Source: Dudresnaya verticillata
Lineage: Eukaryota
Length of the DNA stretch: 64,000 nt
Reading direction: 5' to 3'
NCBI GenBank assembly: GCA_977862235.1
Contig: OZ374560.1
Span: 2,542,001 to 2,606,000 of the forward strand
Shown: positions 23,447-35,131 of the stretch, in pieces
Position numbering within the stretch: the stretch's first letter is position 1
Layout: each line of letters opens with the position of its first letter
Notes under the pieces: model-generated
Databases searched by the model: none
The model's input: only the letters and a program-made list of their open reading frames with translations
Told to the model about the DNA's origin: nothing
Made by a program: the position numbers and the translations under genes

Positions 23447-25042
23447 ATGCCGCCCCTCCTCCCCCTCCTCGCGCTCCTCGCGCTCCTGCCCGCCGCGCTC
23501 GCGCTCCCCCCCGCGCGCACCGACGTGTGCATCCTCGGCGGCGGGTCCTCCGGCACGCATCTGGCGTTCCGCGCCGCCGAGGCCGGGCGCTCCGTCGCCA
23601 TCTTCGAGCCGAACGACTACCTCGGCGGCCACTGCCGCTCGCTGCCGCTCCCGGCGTCGCGCGCCGTCCGCCGCGCCGTCCCGCTCGCCGTCGTGCTCGT
23701 CGTTGGCGACGCGCGCGCCGCCCTCGCGGCGCTGTACCGCCGCTTCGCCGTCCCGCTGCTGCCCGTCGAGGCCGCGGCGGCCGCGGCCGCGGCCGCCGAC
23801 CCACCGCGCGCTGCCAAGCTGGTCGACTTCTCGTCCGGACAGGTCCTCACGCCGCCGCCGCCGTCATCTGCGGACGTCGCCGCCGCGCTTGCCGCGGCGC
23901 GGAGGTTTGCAGCGCTGTACAAGCGCAAGTACTTCTACTACGAGACCAATGCTACCTACCCCGACGTCGCGCGCATCCCAAAGGAACACCTGGACGAGCT
24001 CTCGCTCCCGTTTCAGGCCTTCCTCCTGCGCCACGACCTTCTCGCGCTCGCCCCGTTTGTAGACCCGCTTCTGCTCAACGGTATCGGCTCGCGCTATGAT
24101 GTCCCTACCTTCTACGCCCTCAAAGTCTTCAACCCGCGCACCCTCCCCGCCGTCTTGCCAGCCTTCAAGGTGCAAGATGTTGGACTCAACGACTCGTCTT
24201 ACTTTCTCGTTCAAGGCTGCTCCGGCGTGTACTCGGGAATGGCAGACTTTATCACTGCTGCAAGCCGTGAAAATACCATTATGCTCAACACCGACATCGT
24301 CCGAGTCCGTCGCTTCGCGCATCGTCCCAAAAACCCGCCACGCCTGTCGCTCGTCACGGTCCGCAGCAAAGGCGCTTCAGCCTCGAAAACCTTTGCTTGC
24401 CGCGCCGTCGTCGGCGCATTTCCGCAACAGAAGACCACGCTGCGCTCCATCATGAAACTGACGCGTGCTGAGCGGCGTGCCTTTGGGCAGCTCACGTGGG
24501 ATTCGTATTACAGCACTGTGTGGAAAGTTCGCGGAATCTTTAAAGCAAAGAACGGCGGGGAACTCTCCATTTCGCAGTTCAACGCCTCCTCGGACCGTGC
24601 GCCAGACCTCTCCGTTCGTTTCCCGGCAACCGTGTCGCTGTCGACCCTGCTCACCGATGATCGCAGGAACATTTCTTACGTAGACGTGCTCCGATCGTAC
24701 GCAGGCAGGTTTGAAGGTGGTGACGACAGTGTGGTCAAGACTTTGAGACAGGAGCTGCGCCGTGTGCAACGGCCATTGTCAGATAGCACCAGAACTGGGA
24801 TAAGGTTTAAGGCAAAGCCGGTGTTTGTCGACGGACACCTGTACCGTTTGCGTCCAAAACGATTCCGGCTAGTTGTTCAAGGCCTTTACAACAGGCTGTA
24901 CAGACTTCAGGGAATTCGTGGGATGTTCTACGTGGGTGCGCTGTATGCGTCGAACAACCAAAACACTATCTGGCAGTACAATGAACAAGTGCTGGAGAAA
25001 AACATCTTGCCGTACCTCAAAAGGTTCAAGAAGACGGCATAG
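23447..25042 (+). CDS. Secreted FAD-dependent oxidoreductase (flavin-containing amine-oxidase-like)
   Basis: Signal peptide MPPLLPLLALLALLPAALA. Rossmann motif VCILGGGSSG...IFE...YLGGHC and C-terminal LQGIRGMFYVGAL. ATG at 23447 follows a 25-nt C run. Confidence 0.9.
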   Translation: MPPLLPLLALLALLPAALALPPARTDVCILGGGSSGTHLAFRAAEAGRSVAIFEPNDYLGGHCRSLPLPASRAVRRAVPLAVVLVVGDARAALAALYRRFAVPLLPVEAAAAAAAAADPPRAAKLVDFSSGQVLTPPPPSSADVAAALAAARRFAALYKRKYFYYETNATYPDVARIPKEHLDELSLPFQAFLLRHDLLALAPFVDPLLLNGIGSRYDVPTFYALKVFNPRTLPAVLPAFKVQDVGLNDSSYFLVQGCSGVYSGMADFITAASRENTIMLNTDIVRVRRFAHRPKNPPRLSLVTVRSKGASASKTFACRAVVGAFPQQKTTLRSIMKLTRAERRAFGQLTWDSYYSTVWKVRGIFKAKNGGELSISQFNASSDRAPDLSVRFPATVSLSTLLTDDRRNISYVDVLRSYAGRFEGGDDSVVKTLRQELRRVQRPLSDSTRTGIRFKAKPVFVDGHLYRLRPKRFRLVVQGLYNRLYRLQGIRGMFYVGALYASNNQNTIWQYNEQVLEKNILPYLKRFKKTA

Positions 25043-26868
25043 TGAGGAGACTTGGCGGTAATACGGGTGTGTAAAACTCACGGGGCGGTTCTTGATAGTG
25101 TTGTGGAAAGCAACCTCGTGATTAGCAGATAACAACAGGTAAGATAAACGACTTGAACATCTCGTTTGCTGCTACAGTGTTCCATTGCAGCGCTTCCGCG
25201 GTTTGCATCAGCTTTTCTTTGCGGTACTGCCCCTCCCGATCGCCGCGATGATCTTCTTCGTTTGGACCTCTAGGATTCCAGGTTAGAGCCTGTTGCTGGC
25301 ATTGCTGTCCAGCCGCATTTCCATTGGCGGAGCGGGACTTGATCCGCGCAAAGGTCAAACGCGAATGGTTGCTCGCGCCGGCTGGGAAGGGTCGAGCCGG
25401 TTCGACGGCCATCTGCTCTGCACAGGGGAGGTTGGCGGAGCGGAGAGTGAAGCACCACGGAACGGAGGCTAGGAAGGAGCGGTAGCCAAGAAGCAAGCTG
25501 TTTCCGCGCTTGTTGCTTGGACCTGCGCGAACAGGTGCCCAAAGGACGCGTGGTGCACTCGCGATTGCGTAGGTTTGCGCTGGGTCTCGTGAATTACCCA
25601 CCGGGGCAACCACTGCGTGCGCCTAGTGTGGGCGGTTTGCGCGCCTGTCGTGTGCTCGCAAAGGTCGTTGCGACAAGTGCGAAGATTTGCAAACTTCGTC
25701 GCTCTCAAGAAAGGATACTGACCTCCAGTCGCTGAGAAATGATCTCTGCTCGGCTGACTTAAAACTTTAGTTGTTCAGTGTATCGCAGTAGGCGTTAATC
25801 GACAGCTACTTTCAACTTTTCGCGCTGCTTCTAGTTCCTTTTAGCTACAGTACACTTAGGATGAATGAAGATTTAAGGTTGGGGTTAACAGATTTGGTCT
25901 CCATTCATCGATATTCAAGTGTGGTTTGGCGCGCCTTGCGTGCTTTGGTGGGCCTCACATAACGCTGCTGCAAAGCGCGGGCTTTTTCCTACTTTGTGTT
26001 TTGCACTTTCCTCGCTTGACCCTTCCGCCCACCGCTTACCGCCGGAATGTCGAGGATGGACGTGAGAGAGTGAGAAAGATCCTTTGGGTCTTGAGAATTA
26101 TTCAAACTTCCCGGTCATTCATTAATCGGAAGTGTGCTGCATTTCGGGGCCTAGTCCTTATTTCACTGCCCCAAGATCCCTATCCAAGATCCACCCCTCT
26201 CTATATTACAAGGCCTTATGCAGCAACCGGGTACAGCGCAAGCAGTTCAATACGTTCCTGTGTTCTCTAGTGCCGCAAAAAATATAATACGGGAGCAGCC
26301 CACTGAACTTGTTGATAGATGATTCAAGGCGAATTACGAAGAACATAGTGGGAAATTGTCTCACTGACGTGCTGAAGTAGTCCTTTTGCTCCATTGCTGT
26401 TTGTTATTTATTTATTATAAAAGCTGTGTTTGTGCTGAAACTCCTAATCATTTATGCACGTACAAATAGCCATACGGATACACCTTTATCATTCTCGACT
26501 CCGATTTAGTCTTTTCTCGCCTACAGACAAGATTGACCAAACGGCGGTCCTACCTCCAACGCAAGATTGTCACTTCACAGTTATTTCTTTGCAGTATCAC
26601 AACTTTTAACGGGGAGGGGCAACCTTTGTATGCAGAAGCTGAAGAGCGACGATAGTTGCCCCGGAAGCTATAGGCCCTAGAGAGAGGGCAATTCGACGGC
26701 AGTTCATGGCAAAAGGCAGATAGTTGTTTTTACCTATAATGCACGTCAAGAAAAATAACATGAGAGCCAAGGCACATTCAATATTAGCATACGGTGCGCT
26801 ACAGAATCAGGACCATCTTTTGCATCCGGTGACCCTTTTAACAAGCGCGACATCTACAGATCTTGAGA

Positions 26869-27962
26869 CTAGAAGTTCGGGCAACCGAAGCACGTCTGAT
26901 AAGTGATAGGCGGCCCATTTTGCGGGATTCTGGCTGTACACGAGTGGCAGTTGCCAAACAACTGGATCCCCAGGTCGTTGACATTGCAGGAGAACGGGTC
27001 GGGAACAAGACTAACAATTTCCCACGCCGTACTGAACGCAGGTCCACAGGGACAGTTGGCCGCCCTATAGCAGATCTTATGGTCCTCTTCGATCTGCCAG
27101 TGTTAGAAAGACGTAGCGCGATCAATGGAAATACAATCTCGTCAGAGCACTTTTCGTCAGCATCGCAAGGAGGGCGCTCCGCAGCGACATCAATAGGATG
27201 TGTCCAGTTGCCGCTTGGATTTGGTATTCTGCACAAACTTACCTCACCGGGAGTCCAAACGGTTTTCCCCGCTCTGGAAGCGTCAATCAGCCGCTGCTGA
27301 AGGCATCTGCGAACTACGAAAGCATCCGAGTCTACATTCCCGCTCGGCGTCACGGTGCAAGCACAATAAGCATTGTGCAGGTAAACTCTTGCCTTAATAT
27401 CCTCGATGGTCTTGCCTCCAAGAAAGTCTGGGAGCCGGGTGTTCACGCCAAACGGTCTGCACTCATCTGTACAAATCTTTCGCCCCCGCGAGGAGATGGT
27501 ACGATAGAGCTGGCAGCTAACGCCGGATGCTACATCCCCGCTCCTCGTAGTTGCTCTGGTAGTCGCAGGGCGCGTTGTGGTTGCAGTCGGCGGCGTTGTT
27601 CTGGGGGGAGCAGTTTGTGTCGACTTGGGGCAACAAGTAATTCCGGAGGGCCCTGGGCATTTTTGCGTGATGACGGAGCGTGGGCAGGTTACCGTGCGAG
27701 TGCACAAGCCCAGACCTTCTGAGAAGCAAGAACCAGCCTTGACGCCTCCCGGAGACGGGCAACAGCGAATGTTACTTCCTCCGGGACACCTGTTGAAGAG
27801 TGTTGCTGTGGAGCAGGTGTAGACACTGGTGTCGATGCACACACCGCTTACCCCTGAGCAAGCGGCCCATGCCCCATACTGGCGAGTGGAGGAGGGCAAA
27901 AGACGCTCTGCGCCCGCCGAGAGAAGAAGGAGGGCGAAGAAAAAGCACTTGAAACCCTGCAT
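26869..27962 (-). CDS. Secreted Cys-rich protein, two exons (27962-27243 and 27093-26869), ~314 aa
   Basis: Signal peptide, two C..G.C....C...CPG....CC modules and a Thr-rich linker. Intron 27242-27094 has a GAG|GTAAGT donor, CTAAC branch point and GGCAG acceptor. Spliced exon 2 gives Cys-rich IEEDHKICYRAANCPCGPA...CFGCPNF*. Confidence 0.85.
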
Positions 27963-29741
27963 TGGTACGAGTGGAGCAGCACTGTTGGTGGTGGGGGTGG
28001 GGGCGTGAGTCAGCGAGCTAGAGCTTGTTTCTTATTCCGTTGTGAACAGCGAAAGATGCAATGATGTTTCCTTATCGGCACCTTACTATCCCTAACTGTC
28101 TGTGTTTGGTGTTTGGGAAACAGGGCCTGACCTGATGGTACGATGATGGATGCAGTCTGTAGACTCTTACTGTACAAGTCCAGTTGACATTGTTGCTAGT
28201 AACGATGTTGCTGAGCCATGAAAAAAGATGCGTGGTGAATCTACTGCCAACGTTGCCCACTGGTGAGCAAGGAAGAGTGATCTTGCCATCTTTCTTAGGA
28301 AGTGGGATCTGCAGATCTAGTGAGTGTGAAAGAGTTTATGCACAGAATGAGATCAATAGCGATGTTGCGAATTTGACAGTTGAAGCAAAAGGCCAAAAGC
28401 CACAGAAGCCCCAGGACAGACAGGGCGATCTAGCTAGAACAGATTGTACAAAGATCCCTGCTCTCAAGAGCCTTTTGGAAATCAACAAGGTGTCATCATT
28501 GGAACTGCTAGAACACGCTGGGTCTTCCTTGGATTGTCGGCTTTCCACGCTTCCTGCCTTTTGTAGGCAAACGCAAGCAATGCAGACCATGCTGCATTCG
28601 GGGCAGTAACAAGTTTGGAGTCTCGGCACAACGAAGAAGATGTGGTGCTCTTTTCTGTTCTGTTTGACGGTCTCGCTCTAAAACGTTGGAGTTGCTGTTT
28701 TCGGGGCCGAGAGGCCGTGAGAGGTTCGTTCGCGTCAGCTGGGTTGCCCGCCGGGCGGCGGCGAGCGATCTTGGCGGCGTCACCTGACGTCGGAACAATT
28801 CAGATCCGGTCAGATGGCCAATCAGCAACGATTAGAGCGGGACACGACGCTTTCTGGATCAGAGGCGTCAGGTCTTGGGACAAATTCAAATCGCTCGATT
28901 GGTGGTTCGGACGATTCTCCAAAGGTGTAACAATGCCCCTCAGTCAGAAAGCCACCTTCGTGCTGTCGTCGGTATGACACAGGGTACAATTGTAGTTGTT
29001 CTGCGAATGATATCTGTTTGTCTTGTGCGTCATCCATGAGAGCGAGAGCTTGATAAAAGGGGATCATCTTCTTGTCCAGTTCTCGCCACCTTTGGCTGTT
29101 TTTAGCAACGAGCTCACAAATTGTAAATGAACCAAATCGCGCATAGAACTGCGCATTGTAACAATTCCAACAAGATTACAACGGAAATTAAGCTCGGCAA
29201 GTTTAATAGGAATCCCTGGAAAGACTTTATTAACATTAAGCATCGTTGTACTCCAGCCACTGAGTAGGGAGCAGCACAGCCAACACTATAGTAATAAAAA
29301 TACAATAATATTATTATTGTCATTGACCGGGGGTTAATATTTTCCTCAGTGTGCTAATGCGACGGATATGACTTGGAAGAATGGAATTCAGCCCCGATGT
29401 TAAATCACTGAAGATAACGTTTATGTTAGAAGCTCTGGCGTGCCCGTACTTTACTTCCATCACACGTGAATCCAGATCAAGTGCTTTTTAATACCACTGC
29501 AACATTATTGTGTGAGAAAAGCAGTCGGAACCAGCCACTTGCCCACTGCGATCTATGCTGAGCCGTCTGCTATAGAGCGGTTTCAAAGCACAAAAGTACA
29601 AAAGCCCCTGTTTTTAAACCTTCCCCTGAACTAATACAAAGCTATACAATACTCTTTCTACGCCTATTGCCCTACCAGCTGTATCTACATACCGTTTGCA
29701 ACCGTCTGAAGTCCTGCTTTTCTAAAACTATGTGCATAAAT

Positions 29742-30944
29742 CTATGACCTCCTGCTACCTCGCTGCATACATATCGCCTGGGCGCTGTTCATGTAATTGT
29801 CAATCTGCCTTTTCGAGTCACTCGAAAAGAACAGCGAATCGTCGGCACCAGTAAACACAGCTTTCATGATCCCGCTAGCTGAATGGTCTGCCCCCAGCGT
29901 ATGCCCAATCTCATGCGTTGTGATAGGTCTGAGCCCGCGCTCAGCCCACCCGTACCCAAAACTGGTACACGCAGCCCCAATGAAGGCAGCTCCACCCACG
30001 CTAGTCCCGTCATCGAAGCCCGAGAAAAAGTATGCCGCGTCGCGAGAAACACCGGCCCGGTTCGCCATCCAAAACCGCTGGAATGAATTCAGAACGTATC
30101 CAGGACGTGCATTCGCCGGCATGCGATTTAGAGCTGCTGCGTACGCGTAGGGGTCAGAGCTGTCCTGGCAGTGCGCCTCGAGATGAACCAGGCGCACCCT
30201 GTGGCACGTCCCACTTTTCAGCACCTTCTTAGCATACGAAACAACGCTCTTCACGTAGGCAGCCGTCTTGGTTGCCGAGTTGTCAAAAAGCTTGCAGAGT
30301 TCGTTATCATATGCAACCGCAAGATCCAATCGACGGCATCGAGACGTTTGCCTCTCAGCAGGACTGCTGAGGTGAAAAACATCGTGCATGGGTTGATACT
30401 CCGATCGCAAAGCTTGTCTTCTCGTACGGGGGACTTGGGTACCCTCTCCTTTCAGAAGGTTACGTTCTGTGTTGATGAACACCCCTCTATAGTTAACATT
30501 ATCAAGCGGTTCGAGAAACAAACCATCCCCCCAAAGGGCAACAACAGTGCCATCTTCACGGTAGATGAGGTTGTACCCTCCGACCTCATGCACCACTTCG
30601 TCAATCTGTTCGGAGAGCCGGTGCTCGCCGTTCACGGTGTACGTGAACTGGTCAGTGTCAGGGTCGACGGCTACCTGCCTTGCCCTGGTTCGAAGGTCGA
30701 TCTTAAGATTCGGACCTGTCAAGAACCCATCATCGAGAATTTCGTATACTCTTTCGGAGAGATCCTCGCCCGGACTAGTCGCCGAGGAAAGGCGGTCTTG
30801 AAGGACGCGCATTGGGATCTTGCGAAGACTTGCTTGGGCAATGACAGACCTTTGAAGCTTCACACCGCAGCAAGCGGTCACGAATACATAGAGCAGCATC
30901 GCGAAGAGCACATGGCTTTGGCGTCTACAAAACTTACGACTCAT
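29742..30944 (-). CDS. Secreted zinc metalloprotease, M12B/reprolysin-like
   Basis: HEIGHTLGADH zinc motif, Met-turn GIM, GGAAFIGAAC and LAVAYD. Hydrophobic N-terminus and prodomain. Confidence 0.92.
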   Translation of the reverse strand: MSRKFCRRQSHVLFAMLLYVFVTACCGVKLQRSVIAQASLRKIPMRVLQDRLSSATSPGEDLSERVYEILDDGFLTGPNLKIDLRTRARQVAVDPDTDQFTYTVNGEHRLSEQIDEVVHEVGGYNLIYREDGTVVALWGDGLFLEPLDNVNYRGVFINTERNLLKGEGTQVPRTRRQALRSEYQPMHDVFHLSSPAERQTSRCRRLDLAVAYDNELCKLFDNSATKTAAYVKSVVSYAKKVLKSGTCHRVRLVHLEAHCQDSSDPYAYAAALNRMPANARPGYVLNSFQRFWMANRAGVSRDAAYFFSGFDDGTSVGGAAFIGAACTSFGYGWAERGLRPITTHEIGHTLGADHSASGIMKAVFTGADDSLFFSSDSKRQIDNYMNSAQAICMQRGSRRS

Positions 30945-33213
30945 GATTGAAGTGTATCCTGATGTTCGGAAGCTGATGCCGGTTTTGTTCCTTTAGCGAA
31001 CAAGTGCTCGAGCAGCTTTATAGAGGAATGGTATTGCGTCAAGCTGGTCTGTAAAATGATAGGGACTTGTGCTTGATGGTAAATTTGCCTTTAAGACTTG
31101 CAGCGTGGAGGTGCCTAGAAGTCATGCAGACTTCTCGGGGGATTGTTCGCAGCCTTGTCTGTTCGCAGGAGCGGTTCGTAAATGCTCGTCAACGACCTCA
31201 ATGCCATCTGCGCCACGAATAGAAAGCCCCGTTAAGACGCCACACATACGACAAGTATTTTCAGTGCAACACGTGAAGCTGCAGGGGGCTGGGTATTGTG
31301 CCGCAGGCTACGAAATGACACTAGTGTGAGTCACAGTCTCTTCAAGCACTAGTCTCCAGCGGTGAACACATGGCTGAGCGGTAGCATGCAATGTGTTTGC
31401 CGGTATGGATTCAGCTTGACGGACTTATCTGAGAAGGACTCCGGACACGGACACTTCCAAAGGTACAGCAATATTTTTATTGGACAAAGGAGGACTTGGT
31501 CGCTGCGAGCAATACTCTCGCTGGCAGGCAGCGTGGCAATGAGGCACCTGTTCGTCTCGGTTGCTGCGGCAGAGGCGGTGGGGCAGCCACGTGACCTGCG
31601 GAGAGGAGATCTAAGCGATCCAAATTTAGAGTTTTCGGGGTCGCGATTCTTTTTTCCGAAGGTAACCTAACCTAAACTGTCGACACTGCAGAACTACTTC
31701 ACGAGCCCCACGTATCTGCGGAAACTTGGCATCTGCGCAAGCAAGCTGCAGACACAAAAAGCGGGAAGAGAACTTGCGTGGACATGGATTTCCGAAAGCA
31801 ACCAATCTTCATCTCGGGCGTGTAGATTGGAGCCAATTCGTGTGGCGACGCGTGGGGTGCGGTAGGATGGATCTTTATCAACAGGCACGTAACAAATTTG
31901 GTTCTCTTTACTTGTCCCTTCTAATAAGGGCAGAAGCCAGGGAGTGTTTCATGAGCAGCACCAATAGACGTTCTCGTCGGCATCCGTCAGCATCAGATCT
32001 GCCGATTAGGCGACATCGGCAGTGCCGAAGCAGACACGCTCTACATGTAAATCAGGTCCAGCAAACGGGTGCTACCGAATCACCATCAGATCTCACATTG
32101 CGTGTCTTCTGCACCCATCAGTCCCCAAAGCTAGATCAGCACGCACAAATGTTTCCATAATCATCGTCCTCCAACGACAGAATAAAACTTCTGTCTGTCC
32201 CGGTTAAAAATATCGAACGATATCACTTCGTTAACGCCATGGGACACTGCAAGGTTTAATATCGTTTGCTGTTCGCCCTTCGTTCGCCTCAACTAAACAG
32301 TGGAATTCTCTTCAATGCACCCAGAAAAACAACTGAACTGTTTGGCTTGCCAGTCAAGTCGAAGAGTGGGCCTCCTACCCTAGGTCGGCACCACCGTCTG
32401 GAGCAGGTCTCCTCAAGTACACGAGTACACGAGAAGCTCAGTCTTCTCTACAGGAGAAGGACGGCTTACGGTGGATAACCTAAAAGATAATCCAGTGCTC
32501 TCTTGCTGCTTAGACTTTGTTCTGGTCAACACGTCTTGCGGCAGAATACCAGGGAATTTTCAGCGTCGTGGTGTTACCGCCACGTCGCGGCTCGAGAGAA
32601 GGCCATTTCGACACTTGCGACATGCTAACAACAGCAAAGATCGCTTAGTGTTCCTCCAGTGCGGCCGTCGCAAAGAAATGGATTATGGATATGGAGTAGT
32701 ATCTGGGGTACTGTATTTCGAAATGGAATGGGTAGACTGTGAGTAGCAAGGCACTGAGCCACGTGCGATCTTCACGTCGAAAAAAATCAGTTGGAAGTAT
32801 AAAGCGTTGGTGTTGAATTACTAAAAGATGGAAGGACTGCGAAAGTCGTGATGCAGGTCTCAGTATGTAGTAAAGATGTTGCGACGTAACGGCGGCATAA
32901 TGTGCACAGTCCAATGCACTTCTGCGACAACCGCCACACACTGAACCACACACCGAACCACCTTAAACAATTTGTATTAACATCATTTTATGGCTGAACA
33001 CGACGTGGAGACGACTCTCTCGAGATTGCACTCTTGATACTTCTCAAGCGCACACGTACGCACACCGGCGGGCTGGATCCCACGTGTGGATTTTATTTTC
33101 CACCTGGAAAGGGTTCCGATGCTATTTCGATCCCACAAACTGCTTTGTGGAGGTCCATGGCGGACAAATCAATAAGAAGCCACTAAACTAGTCCAGGGGG
33201 CGACTTAAAGCTC

Positions 33214-33290
33214 ACCCTGGCCTAGCGACTTGTAGGACTGCTACGGAAGTCAACGGTCGCGGTTCGAACCCCGGCCGGGACACCCCATCG
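33214..33290 (+). mobile_element. Degenerate tRNA-like Pol III head (SINE remnant or tRNA pseudogene)
   Basis: A-box-like TGGCCTAGCG at ~33218 and B-box GGTTCGAACC at 33261, with tRNA-like spacing. Stems do not pair well. Confidence 0.4.
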
Positions 33291-33918
33291 TCCTCAGGAT
33301 GACGTTACAAAGCGCGACCACCGACGCTCCTGGAATCGTCTCATCAAGACTTTTCCCGACAGCATTTTCTCCCGGTGCCCGGGTCTTCTGTCTCAGGTTG
33401 TTGGCCAATGGTAGCTTTGGGTTGGGTGTTAGGTGGGTTACCTTGCTCTTATGACTTTGTGTTCGTCGCTTTCTATTCGTTAGAAGTTGGTCAGGCGGAG
33501 GCCCTTGCCACATTAAAGTGGGGTGCAGGGTTGGTGCAATAGTGCTTGGACACTGCCCTGCCGTTAAATAAATTCACTGCTCACTATCCTGATATTTACG
33601 CTTCTCTTATGGCTTTGCTTGGCGCAATGCCAAGTTTTCCTTTAAGCTTTGCTTTAAGCTTGGCGTTGTCCCGAAAAAAGCAGGCGCAACGTCCAGCAAA
33701 GTCATACGAGAAGCGGCGCAAGCGCCGTGATGGTCCCTACTTGAGATCTTATGCAGTACTGTACATAGGTATCTCCCGCTGTTTGGATATTATTTATCCG
33801 GAGTTGTTGCTCGCAGTGAATCACTCGCTCAGCAGCTTAGAGACTTCCCTGCTATGTCAAAAATAGCAGTTCGGGTCCGCAGAGGGCGATACTTGCCATT
33901 ACATACTAGCCAATAGAG

Positions 33919-33938
33919 CTCTCTCTCTCTCTCTCTCT
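33919..33938. repeat. (CT)n microsatellite
   Basis: Run of CT dinucleotides. Confidence 0.85.
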
Positions 33939-34840
33939 ATCTTGCTCTCCCCGTCCAAAGGGTCCCAGTAAAAATCAATAAACTCTCTACTTTAATGTCG
34001 TAACTTTAGTCTTTTCATAAATTATTTTCTTCGTTCCTCGAAAATCTTCAGAGCACGAATAGCCTCTTCATTAAGAAGCTCAAGATTTAGGAGATTCCTG
34101 TTAAGGCTAACGTTTTTGTTCATTTTCCAAGGGACTGCTTTCATGTACTTGTGTACAGTACTAATAGAGCAAAAGATAAACCTTCGTTTATGACGAGTTC
34201 TGTTAAGATACGTTAGTGCAATTGTGCTCTGTTCTGGCCTCCTGGGAGAGAGAGCGGAGAGACACATCTGATTTTCTAGATTTCCGTTGTTTTGTCTCCC
34301 AGCTCCCCTTAGGCTACAACCGTTTATTTTTAAGTCCTCTCTTCTAGTACTCACCATTTTCATCCCCGTCACCTGAGAAGCCCACAACGATGTGATAGAG
34401 TTTGGGATTTTATAGTATTTTTGCACGGAATGGTTCTATCAGGGTATGTTTTAAAAGGACCTTAAACAATACTTGCTTGCCTGCCCAGTTATTGTACACT
34501 GAGTAAACTCTAATGTGTTAATGCAACTGAAAGACAGGGAATCTTTATAGACACAGAAGCTAAAAGGGACTCTACTTCGCCCCACAAGATAAATGAAACC
34601 AAGGGAGAGGGCAAACCGACGGCGGTTCATAGCTAAAAATGTTGATAGCGAAGCAAATGAGAGATAAAACGGACAGTGAGCGGACGGCTTTCATCCGAGG
34701 GGTTACTGCCCCGGTATTCGGCCGCACAGGGTCCAATACCTCGAAGGACCTGGAGAGCGCAAGGGCCCTCAACACTGTAGGTACCAATTCTTGCTTGCAA
34801 AGAAGTCCATCCCTTTACCATCAGTAAGATCACAATAGTG

Positions 34841-35131
34841 ATGTTGTACTTTATTGAATCTTTAACGTGCGCGGTTGCGCGGGCGACTAGGGCCCATTTG
34901 CAGGCACACGCCCTACCAACAGATATCTACTGTATGGTACACTAGACGGGCTTACACCCGTAATCTGGAGGCAGTCCAGCCGGCTCCATGAGAAGAATAG
35001 GCAAACAACCCCGATGGGGAAAAATCCTTGAGAAAATTGTAGAACCATGGGACCTGGCGGGAGTCGAACTCGGTTTCCCGGAATCAACGGCGCAGCGGTG
35101 AACCACTGCACCACCCGTCCGCCTCCGCGGG
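34841..35131 (-). mobile_element. tRNA-derived SINE (~290 bp) with LINE-type 3' stem-loop tail
   Basis: Head 35120-35049 has A box TGGTGCAGTGG and B box GAGTTCGACTC. Tail ~34910-34841 is shared with LINE fragments and contains AATAAA. Flanked by direct repeat CAATAGTG (34833-34840 and 35132-35139). Confidence 0.8.

Noticed and set aside
35049..35120. Functional tRNA gene
   Set aside because: The acceptor, anticodon and T stems are mismatched, and it sits within a TSD-flanked element with a LINE-type tail.
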